Below are positions 44,598 to 53,867 of a DNA stretch of 64,000 bases, piece after piece; positions within the stretch are counted from its first letter, which is position 1; each line of letters begins with the position of its first letter. Origin of the DNA: Nitrospirota bacterium (GTDB taxonomy: Bacteria > Nitrospirota > Nitrospiria > Nitrospirales > NS-4); contig CAWBGA010000017.1 of assembly GCA_963788195.1 (NCBI GenBank), forward strand, positions 544,001 through 608,000, in the 5' to 3' direction. Under the pieces are notes generated by a model. It saw nothing but the letters and a program-made list of their open reading frames with translations, did no database searches and had not been told where the DNA came from. Position numbers and translations under genes: made by a program.

Positions 44598-46079
44598 TTA
44601 TTTCACCGCCCAGCCGTAGTATTCGTGGCTCGGCGCCGGGCCTTGGTCCAGGTAGGCCATTTTTATCTTGCTGATATAGTCCTTTGGAATTTCGTTCAGC
44701 CTCGCCTTCACATCCACCCCATAGACTTTCGCGCCGTTCAATCCGAAGATCTTCTCCTTTACCTGGCGGGTCAATTTGGGATAGCCGTGCTTTTCGATAA
44801 GCCGATCGGGAATCTGAAAGCGGCGAAATGCTTCGATCTGCCATTGCGGCGACCCGTACCATATGGAATCCGTTCCCCAGATCACATGCTCGTCGCCGAA
44901 TGCCAATAGAATTTGCCCGAGCCAGTGCGCGCAGATCTCCGGATTGATGCTCGCGAGCTGTCCGAATGAGTTGCCGATCTCCATATAAATATTCTTGATG
45001 CCCGGCTCCTTCTGCTTCATTCGGCAAAACTCGGTCGTCCACGCGATATTCCCGGTCTTCTTGAATTCGTCCTCGGCCATATCCGCATTTTTCAGGGCGG
45101 CATGGTAGACCATGAAAGACATGTCCGGAAAATCCTTCGCGGCCTTAATCATGTCGCGAGGGTGATTGTAGTCGGCATCGGGTCCGAGCGGCAGACCCTT
45201 GTGGGCGCACACGCGGCGTAGGCCAAGCTTTCGCGATTCTTCCAGGATCGGATAGGCGACCTTTTCATCGTCCATCCACCAGCCCTTCTCAAACCCCTTC
45301 CCTGGATAGCCCGTATACAGCTTCAATGCTTCGATTTTGAGGGTCTCCACCTGTTTCGCCAATTCATCTTTCGCGACCTCTTTCAGTTGCGGCGCGGTGA
45401 AGCCGTGCGTGAGCACGCGCCGCGAGGCCGTGAGGCGATTGATTTCGTCGCGGATGTGACTGATTTCACTCGGAGGAAGCACCGCGTCTTCGGCGAAGAG
45501 GCCCGGTGGCGTGCTCAAGACTGCGACAGAGGTCTCACTGTCCAAAAACACTTCCTTGATGAAGTTGTGCCAATCCAGATCCTCCATCGTGAGCTTGTCG
45601 TTCTTCAGGTCGGGGTTCCAACCCTGTTTCTTAGCCTTTTGACGCAAGGACAGGAACATTTTCTTCGGAAGGCGCCCCGTGCGAGACGCCTGGTCTTCCG
45701 GATCGTAGTGTTTGCTCACATAGTGGGTTTGCGCGTCCAGAATGAAATACGGATCGCCCTTTCGCTCGGCGAAAGCGCCCGGCTCAACCGCTTCCACCTC
45801 AAGCACGTCGAAGAATTTTCCGAAGACGGAGTTCATCGTCAACAGGGCGAGCGCAATGCCGCCGCTTGTCTTGAGAAAATCCCGGCGGTCCATTCCGAGC
45901 GAGCGACTAAGAGGCTCGCTTCGCAGGTCGATTAATTGCTCGACAAGCGCCTGCTGCGTCGTCTGCGGCGGCGGCTGGAATTCCTCATTGGACACGATGC
46001 GACAGGGAAGCGGCGAGCTCGAGACACCACCCCGTTGCAAGTTCGGTGATCTGCGGAACCGGTAGGGATTCTGCGCCAT
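44598..46079 (-). CDS. Amidohydrolase (amidohydro_2) family protein
   Basis: DAQTH, HKG, YHAA, WGTDS; internal DRRDFLK twin-Arg-like motif. Confidence 0.85.
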   Translation of the reverse strand: MAQNPYRFRRSPNLQRGGVSSSPLPCRIVSNEEFQPPPQTTQQALVEQLIDLRSEPLSRSLGMDRRDFLKTSGGIALALLTMNSVFGKFFDVLEVEAVEPGAFAERKGDPYFILDAQTHYVSKHYDPEDQASRTGRLPKKMFLSLRQKAKKQGWNPDLKNDKLTMEDLDWHNFIKEVFLDSETSVAVLSTPPGLFAEDAVLPPSEISHIRDEINRLTASRRVLTHGFTAPQLKEVAKDELAKQVETLKIEALKLYTGYPGKGFEKGWWMDDEKVAYPILEESRKLGLRRVCAHKGLPLGPDADYNHPRDMIKAAKDFPDMSFMVYHAALKNADMAEDEFKKTGNIAWTTEFCRMKQKEPGIKNIYMEIGNSFGQLASINPEICAHWLGQILLAFGDEHVIWGTDSIWYGSPQWQIEAFRRFQIPDRLIEKHGYPKLTRQVKEKIFGLNGAKVYGVDVKARLNEIPKDYISKIKMAYLDQGPAPSHEYYGWAVK

Positions 46080-46176
46080 GGTGACGTCCTATGGGTAGCG
46101 TATCTCCCCATAAGCGTCTACGCAACTGAGGTATCAGTCTGCATTACCAACGAGGATGTGTGCTCACGGTTTCTCG

Positions 46177-46398
46177 CTAGGATAGCGGATAACTAAAGCG
46201 CACCACGACAGGCGCGCCCCTCAAGAAATAGATTCCGAGCACCAAGGCCCCAATCTGCGTGATGATAAACCAGGCCGTGCCCCCGCCAAGGCCTTCCAAG
46301 GAGAGCGAGATGGTAGATAGCAGCAACCAAAAGGAATAGAGCGTCATCGCCAAACCGAACGAACGGATCACAATCCCAAACGCCTCAGGTGGTCTCAT
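46177..46398 (-). CDS. Small two-TM membrane protein
   Basis: GGAGG RBS; two hydrophobic helices. Confidence 0.6.
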   Translation of the reverse strand: MRPPEAFGIVIRSFGLAMTLYSFWLLLSTISLSLEGLGGGTAWFIITQIGALVLGIYFLRGAPVVVRFSYPLS

Positions 46399-46525
46399 AG
46401 CCTGCCTCCTATGTCTGTATTCTCACTGCAGGATACATCTTCTTGCCAAATAAGACAGTAGGAGGTTGGCCCGGACTTTCAACCCTCGGCTGACAGAAGT
46501 GAGGATAATATGCTAAACCTCGGCC

Positions 46526-47059
46526 ATGGCTCAGCAGTCCGTCTACGTTTCGTTTATCAAGCGTAACCACTATTTCCACGGCAAACTGCTGACAGAGAAG
46601 GACCTCGCGGACGAACAGCATTACTTCCGTGAGAAGCAACGACTTCTTAATCTCAACCTCTTCGGCTCGGGCATTGTCTCCGGCTTACAGGTGTCAGCAA
46701 GCGATCAGGCCATCACGGTGACACCCGGCATGGCCTTGGACGGCTATGGACGTGAGATCATGCTTACAGTACCGGCGACTCTTAAGCTGCCGAAGGAACG
46801 AAGTCCCCTGTGGGTCGTCGTCAAGTACGCGGAGCGTCCAGCCGACCCCGTTCCAGTACTCGGCGTTGGCGACGAGACCATGGAGCCATCCCGCATCGAA
46901 GAAGGCGTGGAGATCTCCTACGCTTCGGAAAATCCGTGCGGTCCGAAAATCACAACACCTGCAGAGTTTGAATGGATCGCGATTGCCAAGGTCATCTGGA
47001 AGGGAAAGGCCTGGCACATTGCCAAGAGTTTGCCGTGCCGGCGCCTAGGCCTGCGTTAG
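46526..47059 (+). CDS. Protein resembling the N-terminal domain of contractile-injection/phage tail-fibre-associated proteins
   Basis: RNHYFHGKLLT..DL..EQ.Y...GSGIVSGLQV...VTPGMALDGYGREI. Confidence 0.6.
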   Translation: MAQQSVYVSFIKRNHYFHGKLLTEKDLADEQHYFREKQRLLNLNLFGSGIVSGLQVSASDQAITVTPGMALDGYGREIMLTVPATLKLPKERSPLWVVVKYAERPADPVPVLGVGDETMEPSRIEEGVEISYASENPCGPKITTPAEFEWIAIAKVIWKGKAWHIAKSLPCRRLGLR

Positions 47060-47101
47060 TTCTCCGAAGTATTGTAGATGGAATCGCGCCTGCCGCGAGG
47101 T

Positions 47102-47356
47102 TCAGCCCGGAAGGACCACGCGCACTTCGAGCGCTCGGATGACCTTTTTATTTTCCTGGCAGATAGGACACGTGCCCAGGGAGCGCGTAAATTCCCGGGT
47201 AACCTCAAAGGCCGACGTCGCGTTCCTGACTTGCGACGGATTGACCGTGCCGCCATCGGGCCTGCTTACCCGGCCCGCAATACAGTTATCGCAAAAATCC
47301 TTCAATTTATTCAGCTGCAGAAAATCATAGATCCGTTTTTCAACGCTGGCTAACAC
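47102..47356 (-). CDS. Small putative Zn-binding protein
   Basis: CDNC and CPIC pairs. Confidence 0.55.
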   Translation of the reverse strand: MLASVEKRIYDFLQLNKLKDFCDNCIAGRVSRPDGGTVNPSQVRNATSAFEVTREFTRSLGTCPICQENKKVIRALEVRVVLPG

Positions 47357-47381
47357 GCCAATAGTCCTCCTCGGTCAGACC

Positions 47382-47837
47382 CTATTTTGGTCTGACCATG
47401 TCATGACAAAAACTTTTAAAGAGATCGAGCGGCAACCCTGCAGCCCGCCATGCGTGTTGCACTTTTTTAAATTCCCCTTCGGTCACATTGAGGACCCAGG
47501 TAGACGTATCGTCATGATGAGCAAACTTGGGGATTATGTCTTGGCTCTGTACCAAAGCGATCGGTTGAAGATCAAGAAACAGCTGAAACTCCTCTGTGTC
47601 ATTGCTTTCCATGCCGCTCAAGATTTTCTTGACCATGGCCGCTATGAAGACTTCCTTTTGCCGGTGGCCTTCCGGCAGCGGCCCGTCTGTATGGTGGCGG
47701 CAGAACTCTCCCACGGCGACGGCTGTGACGAGTATTGCTTTCTTGAGGAACGAAACCTCGGCATTCGTAAAATACCTCTGATTGATGGTATACAGCATCG
47801 GGCCAAGAATGACTTTCGCCGCTGGACCTTCCCGCAT
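47382..47837 (-). CDS. Hypothetical protein
   Basis: 151 aa ORF with GAGG RBS. Confidence 0.55.
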   Translation of the reverse strand: MREGPAAKVILGPMLYTINQRYFTNAEVSFLKKAILVTAVAVGEFCRHHTDGPLPEGHRQKEVFIAAMVKKILSGMESNDTEEFQLFLDLQPIALVQSQDIIPKFAHHDDTSTWVLNVTEGEFKKVQHAWRAAGLPLDLFKSFCHDMVRPK

Positions 47838-47967
47838 CTGTATTCCTCTTGTAGGCTGAGCCGGTTCCCCTGCCGTCGCTGCCTCTGTTGCTCATATGTA
47901 CTGATGTAATCTTAGGTACTTATCGAAGAGCTGTCAAGTTCAGGCCGCCTCTCAGTGCTCTGCGCTT

Positions 47968-48156
47968 GTCATTCTGAGTCCTTCGCCGTCATCCTGAAAT
48001 CCTTCGGCTGTCATGCTGAACCCTTCGCTTGTCATGCTGAACGAAGTGAAGCATCTGTTTTGGACCTCAGGATAAACTCCGTGAAGCATCTCGATTGCGC
48101 CTCAGGATAAACTCCGTCAAGGACTTTAGACCCTTCGCTTCGATCAAGAGTGACAC
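47968..48156. repeat. Nested GTCAT(C/G/T)CTGA REP-like palindrome cluster
   Basis: Four GTCATNCTGA starts (47968, 47988, 48010, 48031), two CTCAGGATAAACTCCGT halves and a terminal inverted arm. Confidence 0.8.
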
Positions 48157-48202
48157 CGTGAGAAGGCGACAATGAATTGTCCCAGTCCGGCGAAGGAAGA
48201 AG

Positions 48203-48604
48203 CTACGCCAGGAAGGCGTCCAGCGACATGGCGGTGTTTGGGAAAGCTCTAAGAATCTGACGGTCAGCAGTCACGAGAGGTATTGCCAGATCCTGGGCTA
48301 CGGCCACAAACTCGCAATCATACGAAGAACACACTGAAGCCGCGGCCAACCGGAGCACACGATCGGTGCTGGCCGGGTATTCACGCCCGCTCATCCAGGA
48401 TTCAGCTTGGTGGGCTATCTCTCGCGCGATATCCACCGTGAGATTGCGTTGTCGAATGAGGCCCACGAGCACGCTCCGGAATTCGGAGCGCCAGAGCGGC
48501 GGAGTGATCCACTGAGCATCTTGTTCAAAGACTGCCTCAGCCTGAGCAGTCAGCCCACCCGGCACAAGAAGATATACCAGCAGGTTGGTATCCACGACGA
48601 TCAT
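48203..48604 (-). CDS. vapC: VapC/FitB PIN-domain toxin
   Basis: IVVDTN, SE, SSYDCEF, LVTADR. Confidence 0.9.
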   Translation of the reverse strand: MIVVDTNLLVYLLVPGGLTAQAEAVFEQDAQWITPPLWRSEFRSVLVGLIRQRNLTVDIAREIAHQAESWMSGREYPASTDRVLRLAAASVCSSYDCEFVAVAQDLAIPLVTADRQILRAFPNTAMSLDAFLA

Positions 48605-48843
48605 AGGCGACCGGCGCTCTTGAACTGCTTTAAACGGCGTTCCGTGATCGGCGACCCCTTTACCAATCTGCGAACTTCCCGTGCCCCTGCCAGAAACGCC
48701 TGTGGGTCCAATGGAACGGCCCCAGTGGACTGGTCCAAGGAGATGATCACTTCTTGATTGAGACTTCGCCTATGTTCAATCGCCCTCAGCTTCAACCGGC
48801 GAAACAGAGCTTCGGGAATATTCTTGATTGTGATGGTCGCCAT
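48601..48843 (-). CDS. FitA/Arc-like RHH antitoxin
   Basis: MATITIKNIP...LKLRA...RRSLNQE; ATGA coupling to the toxin. Confidence 0.88.
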   Translation of the reverse strand: MATITIKNIPEALFRRLKLRAIEHRRSLNQEVIISLDQSTGAVPLDPQAFLAGAREVRRLVKGSPITERRLKQFKSAGRL

Positions 48844-48857
48844 AGCATTCCCTTTAG

Positions 48858-48915
48858 TGGTTCCATAACGGTTCCGTAATGGAACCATCCTACCTTGACC
48901 TGTCACGCGCGTCAA
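48858..48915 (-). promoter_or_regulatory. TA promoter with autoregulatory operator
   Basis: Minus strand TTGACG-N17-TAGGAT; inverted repeat TGGTTCCAT-N12-ATGGAACCA (48858-48887). Confidence 0.7.
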
Positions 48916-49127
48916 GCCTTCTCGACTGTCAGTTTCTTCCGAGACTCCAGTCGCGGAGGTTCGGCCAGCCATATGCGGTTAGACCCTTCACTTCGTTCAG
49001 GGTGACAAGAAGAGGGTTGCGGTGACAAGGAGATCATCAAATTATGCGGAACGCACCGGCCCCTGAGGGTTCGTCGAATGGGCAGACTGGCCAGCGGTGA
49101 GGGGAAACGGGTGGTTTCAACAGGAGG

Positions 49128-49997
49128 CTACTGAGCCCCGGACGTCGCGCCTCCGAAGGTGTCGCAGGCGGCAGGGTCTCCCGTCTCCAGGCCACGGCGC
49201 AGCCATTTCACGCGCTGCTCCGATGACCCATGCGTCCAACTCTCCGGCTGGACGTATCCCTGAGTCATGCGCTGCAGCCGGTCGTCCCCAATGGCGGACG
49301 CGGCCCGCAACCCCTTCTCAAAATCGCCCGGCTCGATGAGATTTCGGTCACGCTGAGCATGGTAGCCCCAGACACCCGCATAACAGTCGGCTTGTAACTC
49401 GAGGCGTACAGAGACGGCCTGCGCGGCGGACGACGTTTGCCGTTGCAGGCGATTGGCGCGGTCGAAGGTCCCCAGCAGGTTCTGAACGTGATGGCCGACT
49501 TCATGCGCGATCACATAGGCCTGGGCAAATTCCCCGGGTGCGCCCAAGCGATTGGCGAGCTCGTTGAAAAACGACAGGTCCAGATATATCTTCCGATCCC
49601 TCTGGCAATAGAACGGCCCGACCGCCGCGGAACTCAAGCCACACGCCGATTGGACGGCGCCGGTGAAGAGGACTAACCGCGGCTCCTCATAGTCACGGCC
49701 CAGGCTCGGGAGCACCGCCTTCCAGGTATCTTCGGTATCCGCGAGCACGACCGAAGCAAATCTCCCCAGCTTATCGGCCGGCGGACCAGATGACTGCGGC
49801 GCTTGCACCGGCGAGGAAGTCATCTCCTGCCCCGACTCGATCATATTCAGCAGCGTGAGCGGATTCGTCCCTGTGATGAAGCTCACGACGAGCACGAGCA
49901 GAAGCCCGCCCCCGCCGATCGCAAGACCACCCCTGGCAGGTCCCATTCCGCGCCGATCTTCGACATTCCCGCTTTCTCGCTGTCCCCCCCAACGCAT
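49128..49997 (-). CDS. ypfJ: YpfJ-like neutral zinc metallopeptidase
   Basis: RESGNVEDRRG, GPFYC, AHEVGHHVQ, ELQADC, THGSSEQR. Confidence 0.9.
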   Translation of the reverse strand: MRWGGQRESGNVEDRRGMGPARGGLAIGGGGLLLVLVVSFITGTNPLTLLNMIESGQEMTSSPVQAPQSSGPPADKLGRFASVVLADTEDTWKAVLPSLGRDYEEPRLVLFTGAVQSACGLSSAAVGPFYCQRDRKIYLDLSFFNELANRLGAPGEFAQAYVIAHEVGHHVQNLLGTFDRANRLQRQTSSAAQAVSVRLELQADCYAGVWGYHAQRDRNLIEPGDFEKGLRAASAIGDDRLQRMTQGYVQPESWTHGSSEQRVKWLRRGLETGDPAACDTFGGATSGAQ

Positions 49998-50366
49998 ATG
50001 CCACCTCGCTGTGTACTCAGGCCGTGAAGGCTACTATCACATCCGGCATTCCTGAAGTCCACTTCCGTAGGGAGGAGCGCTCCCAGCGCCAGCGCCGAGG
50101 GGGCCGGCTCAATTGCGAATGTGCTGTTCCAGCTTTTACCAGGAAGACTAAGTCACTTCTGCAGTGCGAGAGTGGGTACCAGACTCCTCTGTGTACCCTG
50201 TGCTATGGCAGGTAGTGGCAACCGGAGGTAATCGGTATGAGTAGATTGATCGGATCGAGCGCGGTGTCCATGCTGAGTATTACAATAGCCTCGGCAGCTT
50301 CAGAATATCCGCGTCCTGAAGATGTTAAGGCCTGTTCACTATTGCTCACCGATGGCCGCGAAGTCT

Positions 50367-50732
50367 TTACTTTTTTTCCGCGCCCTTGGGCTCGTCCATT
50401 GCACCTTGTGCGCTCTCCGACAACTTCAGGTTGACCGCCAGGTGTTCAGGACCGATCTCCGCTTCGACCTTATCTCCAACTTTCAGCGCCCGTTCCATTT
50501 TCGTGTCTTTATTCAGCTTTAGCCGAACCTGCCCGCCACCCTGGGTCCCTAGCACGACTGCCTCCGGCTCTATCGTAAGGACCTGGCCTTGGACGCTTGC
50601 CGCCGAAGGCTCTGGGGCGGGAGCAACAGCGCCGGGCTTGGAAGCAGGTTCCGCAGCCCACGCGATGCCGGACACTCCGGCGCAGCCCAGAAGAGCTGCC
50701 ATCGCAATGCTTAAACGTGTATATGCCGTCAT
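50367..50732 (-). CDS. Small exported OB-fold-like protein
   Basis: GGAGG RBS, signal peptide; VQGQVLTI...VRL...LKVGDKVEA; similar to 52456-52857. Confidence 0.7.
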   Translation of the reverse strand: MTAYTRLSIAMAALLGCAGVSGIAWAAEPASKPGAVAPAPEPSAASVQGQVLTIEPEAVVLGTQGGGQVRLKLNKDTKMERALKVGDKVEAEIGPEHLAVNLKLSESAQGAMDEPKGAEKK

Positions 50733-50852
50733 GGGTCACCTCCCGGGTGAATGAGTCATCTTATCGTTTGATACCTCGAGGGGAAAAGCAATAGACAAAA
50801 CTCGTCTCTAACTCGCAAAATGTCAAACCCTCACCGGCGCTATGTCCGCCTT

Positions 50853-51020
50853 TTACTCGCTGCGCCTTCCAAAGTCCTGCACCCAGTAGTGCCGGTTCGG
50901 ATCCCTTGCGTTATAGGCATACCCCACACCGATCTCTGTGAGCTCCGGGTTCAGGATGTTGGCGCGATGACCCGGGCTCTTCATCCAATTCGCCACTGCT
51001 TTTGCAGGATCGGGCGCGCC
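50853..51020 (-). pseudogene. 3' remnant of a CAP/SCP-domain gene
   Basis: Manual translation GAPDPAKAVANWMKSPGHRANILNPELTEIGVGY...YWVQDFG*; in-frame stop at 51039 and the N-terminal part of the domain is missing. Confidence 0.8.
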
Positions 51021-51041
51021 AGGTCGCAAGGACTGCAGTCA

Positions 51042-51290
51042 CTATACGCGTGTGCGATTGATATCCTTGACGAGCGCATGCAGGAACTCTGGAGCAAAGT
51101 CAGCTCCATTCGGCCAGATGAGAGTCCTATCCACACGAAACGAGGAAAAATAACCGGGATCCTGAAGTGGTTTAAACACTTCTCCGAAAAGCTCGGAGGC
51201 GAGATCAGCTTCGCCTTCGAGACCATCGTTGAATTTTAGCCATACTCTATGGCCACCTCGATACTTCGCTTCCACAACGTGAGTCAGAAT
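51042..51290 (-). CDS. DUF2442 antitoxin-like protein (ATT at the expected start)
   Basis: VWLKFNDG, WPNGADFAPEFL; GGAG-N7-ATT. Confidence 0.8.
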   Translation of the reverse strand: MLTHVVEAKYRGGHRVWLKFNDGLEGEADLASELFGEVFKPLQDPGYFSSFRVDRTLIWPNGADFAPEFLHALVKDINRTRV

Positions 51291-51294
51291 TGTG

Positions 51295-51552
51295 CTACTC
51301 CAACGGTTCAATTTGTTTGAGCGGCTTACGCTCGGAAGCAAGCCTCCAATCCTGGTCCAATTCTGCCTGATGCAGACGGTACCATTCAAGAACATGACTT
51401 AAGGCGCGGCTTGGAAAATGTCCTTCCACATGACCCGATTGCATGTAGACAATGACTTCATGTTCGCCATAGACCTCGTGAAAATGCGGGGGGCCATGGT
51501 CCCGGTAGAATATTCTGATTGAGATTCCTAGAAACCGGCTAATCTCTGGCAT
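51295..51552 (-). CDS. DUF4160 toxin-like protein
   Basis: MPEISRFLGI...DHGPPHFH...W...IEPLE. Confidence 0.9.
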   Translation of the reverse strand: MPEISRFLGISIRIFYRDHGPPHFHEVYGEHEVIVYMQSGHVEGHFPSRALSHVLEWYRLHQAELDQDWRLASERKPLKQIEPLE

Positions 51553-51655
51553 TAGACGTGTTTGCTCTGAGGGATTGGATATTGAGACACCGGCAAACTC
51601 AATCCGTCTACACTAGCTTTTCAGATTCTCGGTGGGCCCAAGAAAGGAAGGATTC

Positions 51656-51853
51656 TTACGCGTGCAGAGTTTCCGGTTTGGTCGCAAGGTACTCGAGGAT
51701 TTCCTGTTGGCGGTCCTGAATCTGAAGCAAATACGGCTTGGAGAGTTGTTCATAGTCCGCCGAGGCGTGAGTCAGCCGCGCGTGCTCCAGGAAACTCCAG
51801 AGTTTCTGAACGTCGGCCTCTGCTTGATGCAGCTGCTCGCCATTCTGGATCAC
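51656..51853 (-). CDS. Small helical partner protein (putative antitoxin)
   Basis: GTGA coupling to the upstream nucleotidyltransferase-like gene; GGAGG RBS. Confidence 0.6.
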   Translation of the reverse strand: MIQNGEQLHQAEADVQKLWSFLEHARLTHASADYEQLSKPYLLQIQDRQQEILEYLATKPETLHA

Positions 51854-52248
51854 CGCGTCACCTCCAGCAGCGGTTGTGGTTCCTGCATGCGAGTGCGGGA
51901 AAACACGTCCAGCGCAGCCTTGATCTGTTCCTTACCGATTCCTTCCGTCACCCAAAAGACGTCCGCATTATATCGTATTCGACAGGCGATGTGAGTCAAC
52001 ACGCTCACTAGTTCCTCCCTGAGGCCCCTCATTGTAAAGTCAGCCGCCATGATGACAAACACATCCACATTATTAGGCGACGGGATCGTTGCTGCAAAGC
52101 TGCCGAATAGGTAGACATGTTTGACCTTACCGGTTTTATGCAGAAGGTCAAAGACCATCCGAAACCGTTCAAATAAAAATTGCCGCCTTGGTGTGCTTTC
52201 CCCAAACCGCTCCCTCACAGCTTCTAAAGACACGACTTCAGCAATCAC
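51850..52248 (-). CDS. Nucleotidyltransferase-fold protein (DUF6932-like)
   Basis: RFG.S..RRQ.L; YLFGSF.....PNNVDV. Confidence 0.7.
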   Translation of the reverse strand: MIAEVVSLEAVRERFGESTPRRQFLFERFRMVFDLLHKTGKVKHVYLFGSFAATIPSPNNVDVFVIMAADFTMRGLREELVSVLTHIACRIRYNADVFWVTEGIGKEQIKAALDVFSRTRMQEPQPLLEVTR

Positions 52249-52455
52249 GTGTCGCTCCTAACTTCTGGAGCTGCTACCTCGTCTCAATCCAGAACGGCTC
52301 TATATTATGAGACTCTGCGAGCGAGATCCGTCAACTGGCGCCCGTCATTTATCAGGATCCACGATAATTGACGTAATTTTCGACTACTTTGAGCTGAAGA
52401 ACATCCACATCGAAGGGCGGAAGCTGCGGAAGCGCTCTCCCCTGGAGGAGGCGGG

Positions 52456-52857
52456 CTAGGGTGAGGGGGGCACGGCTTTAAGTGACTTCGCATGGCCGTA
52501 GCCTGCAGTGGTCACAAAGGGCGTTCTTCCATCGGCGATCTGGCCAGCGTGCGGCGTTAGTTCAGCTTCAATCTCGTCCCCTGTTTCGAATGCGTCCTGG
52601 TCGGCGCCGCTCGCCACAAATGCGTCCACATGGATACGCACTTCGTTACCTGAGGAGTCCCTGATCACGTAAAACTCTCCGTCAATCTCCCTGATCTCCC
52701 CCTTGATGACATTCTGAGACATCGTGTCGGAGGTCGGCTCCTCGCCCGCCACGAGAGTCTGCCCGACAGGGCTGCTCGGTTGATCTACGGCATACGCCAA
52801 GGTTGCCATGCCTAAACCAAGTGTCATCACGAACACAGACGCTGTGTATCGGTTCAT
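52456..52857 (-). CDS. Small exported OB-fold-like protein
   Basis: Signal peptide; IKGEIREIDGEFYVIRDSSGNEVRIHVD...GDEIEA...GHAKSL. Confidence 0.72.
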   Translation of the reverse strand: MNRYTASVFVMTLGLGMATLAYAVDQPSSPVGQTLVAGEEPTSDTMSQNVIKGEIREIDGEFYVIRDSSGNEVRIHVDAFVASGADQDAFETGDEIEAELTPHAGQIADGRTPFVTTAGYGHAKSLKAVPPSP

Positions 52858-53099
52858 TTAGGCCTCCGTTAGTACCATTCACCGTCGTAGGACAAATTAT
52901 TCTACCTAAGCTAAGATCCCTGGTCAATATTCAATACGCTTATCAACGCGTATCAAAGCACGCGGGGTCTGGCTCTCTTTTCGTAGCGAAGGATGTATTT
53001 TAAATTTGGCGGCGGGCGATCAAGAAAATTACCTGAAGCAGATTAAGTGATCATGACTTGTTAGATGGGACCGGAATATAAATCTGTCCCGGGTTCCTG

Positions 53100-53867
53100 T
53101 CAGTCGCGCTGCCCTAACAGCGACGTAATGGCCTTTATCGTCTTTTGATTCTCAGGCGTATCTGGTAACAGGACTAAGGCTTGCTCAAATTCTTTCCTTG
53201 CCGCGAGGACATCGCCTTTCTTGGCCAGCGCGACCCCCAGGTCGGTATGGGCGTTCACATTGTCGGGGTCGAGGCGCAGCGCGGTGCGGAGTTCGGTGAT
53301 TGCTCCCGCTAGATCGCCTTTCTTGATCAGCGCGACCCCGAGGTTGGTATGTGCGTCCACATGGTCGGGGTCGAGGCGCAGCACGGTGTGGAATTCAGTG
53401 ATGGCCCCCTCCCGGTCCCCTGTGTCGGCCAGCGCGACCCCGAGGTTATAGTGGGCTGGCACATTATTAGGGTCGAGGCCTATCACGGTGCGGAATTCGG
53501 TGATGGCCCCCTTCAGATCGCCTGTGCTGTAGAGCGCGAGTCCGAGGTTGTAGTGGGCGAGCACATTGTTGGGCTCGAGGCCTATCACGCTGCGGAATTC
53601 ACCGATGGCCCCCTCCGAATCGCCCTTGTCGGCCATCGCAAGCCCACGGTTATAGTAGGCGTTCACATAGGTGGGGTCGAGGGCTATCGCGGTGCCGAAT
53701 TCGGTGATTGCGCCCGCGAGATCGCCTTTCTCCTGGAGTTTAACGCCTCGGTCGACGTGGTCTTTTGCGGTGCCAGGCAACCCATCCCGAGAAACCCCAG
53801 TGGTTGCGCAGCCAGACTGTTGTAAAAAGACACCTACGACTAGCGCCACCATCAAGAAATATCTCAT
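53100..53867 (-). CDS. TPR-repeat lipoprotein
   Basis: Lipobox-like SGC; about six 34-aa TPR repeats (AHYNLGVAL...GD..GAITEF). Confidence 0.9.
   Translation of the reverse strand: MRYFLMVALVVGVFLQQSGCATTGVSRDGLPGTAKDHVDRGVKLQEKGDLAGAITEFGTAIALDPTYVNAYYNRGLAMADKGDSEGAIGEFRSVIGLEPNNVLAHYNLGLALYSTGDLKGAITEFRTVIGLDPNNVPAHYNLGVALADTGDREGAITEFHTVLRLDPDHVDAHTNLGVALIKKGDLAGAITELRTALRLDPDNVNAHTDLGVALAKKGDVLAARKEFEQALVLLPDTPENQKTIKAITSLLGQRD

Noticed and set aside
46526..47837. Prophage or complete contractile injection system
   Set aside because: Only one tail-like gene; no structural, packaging or integrase genes.
47968..48156. Possible CRISPR array (short repeats at about 21-nt period)
   Set aside because: No unique spacers, degenerate nested halves and no cas genes; it fits a REP-like element.
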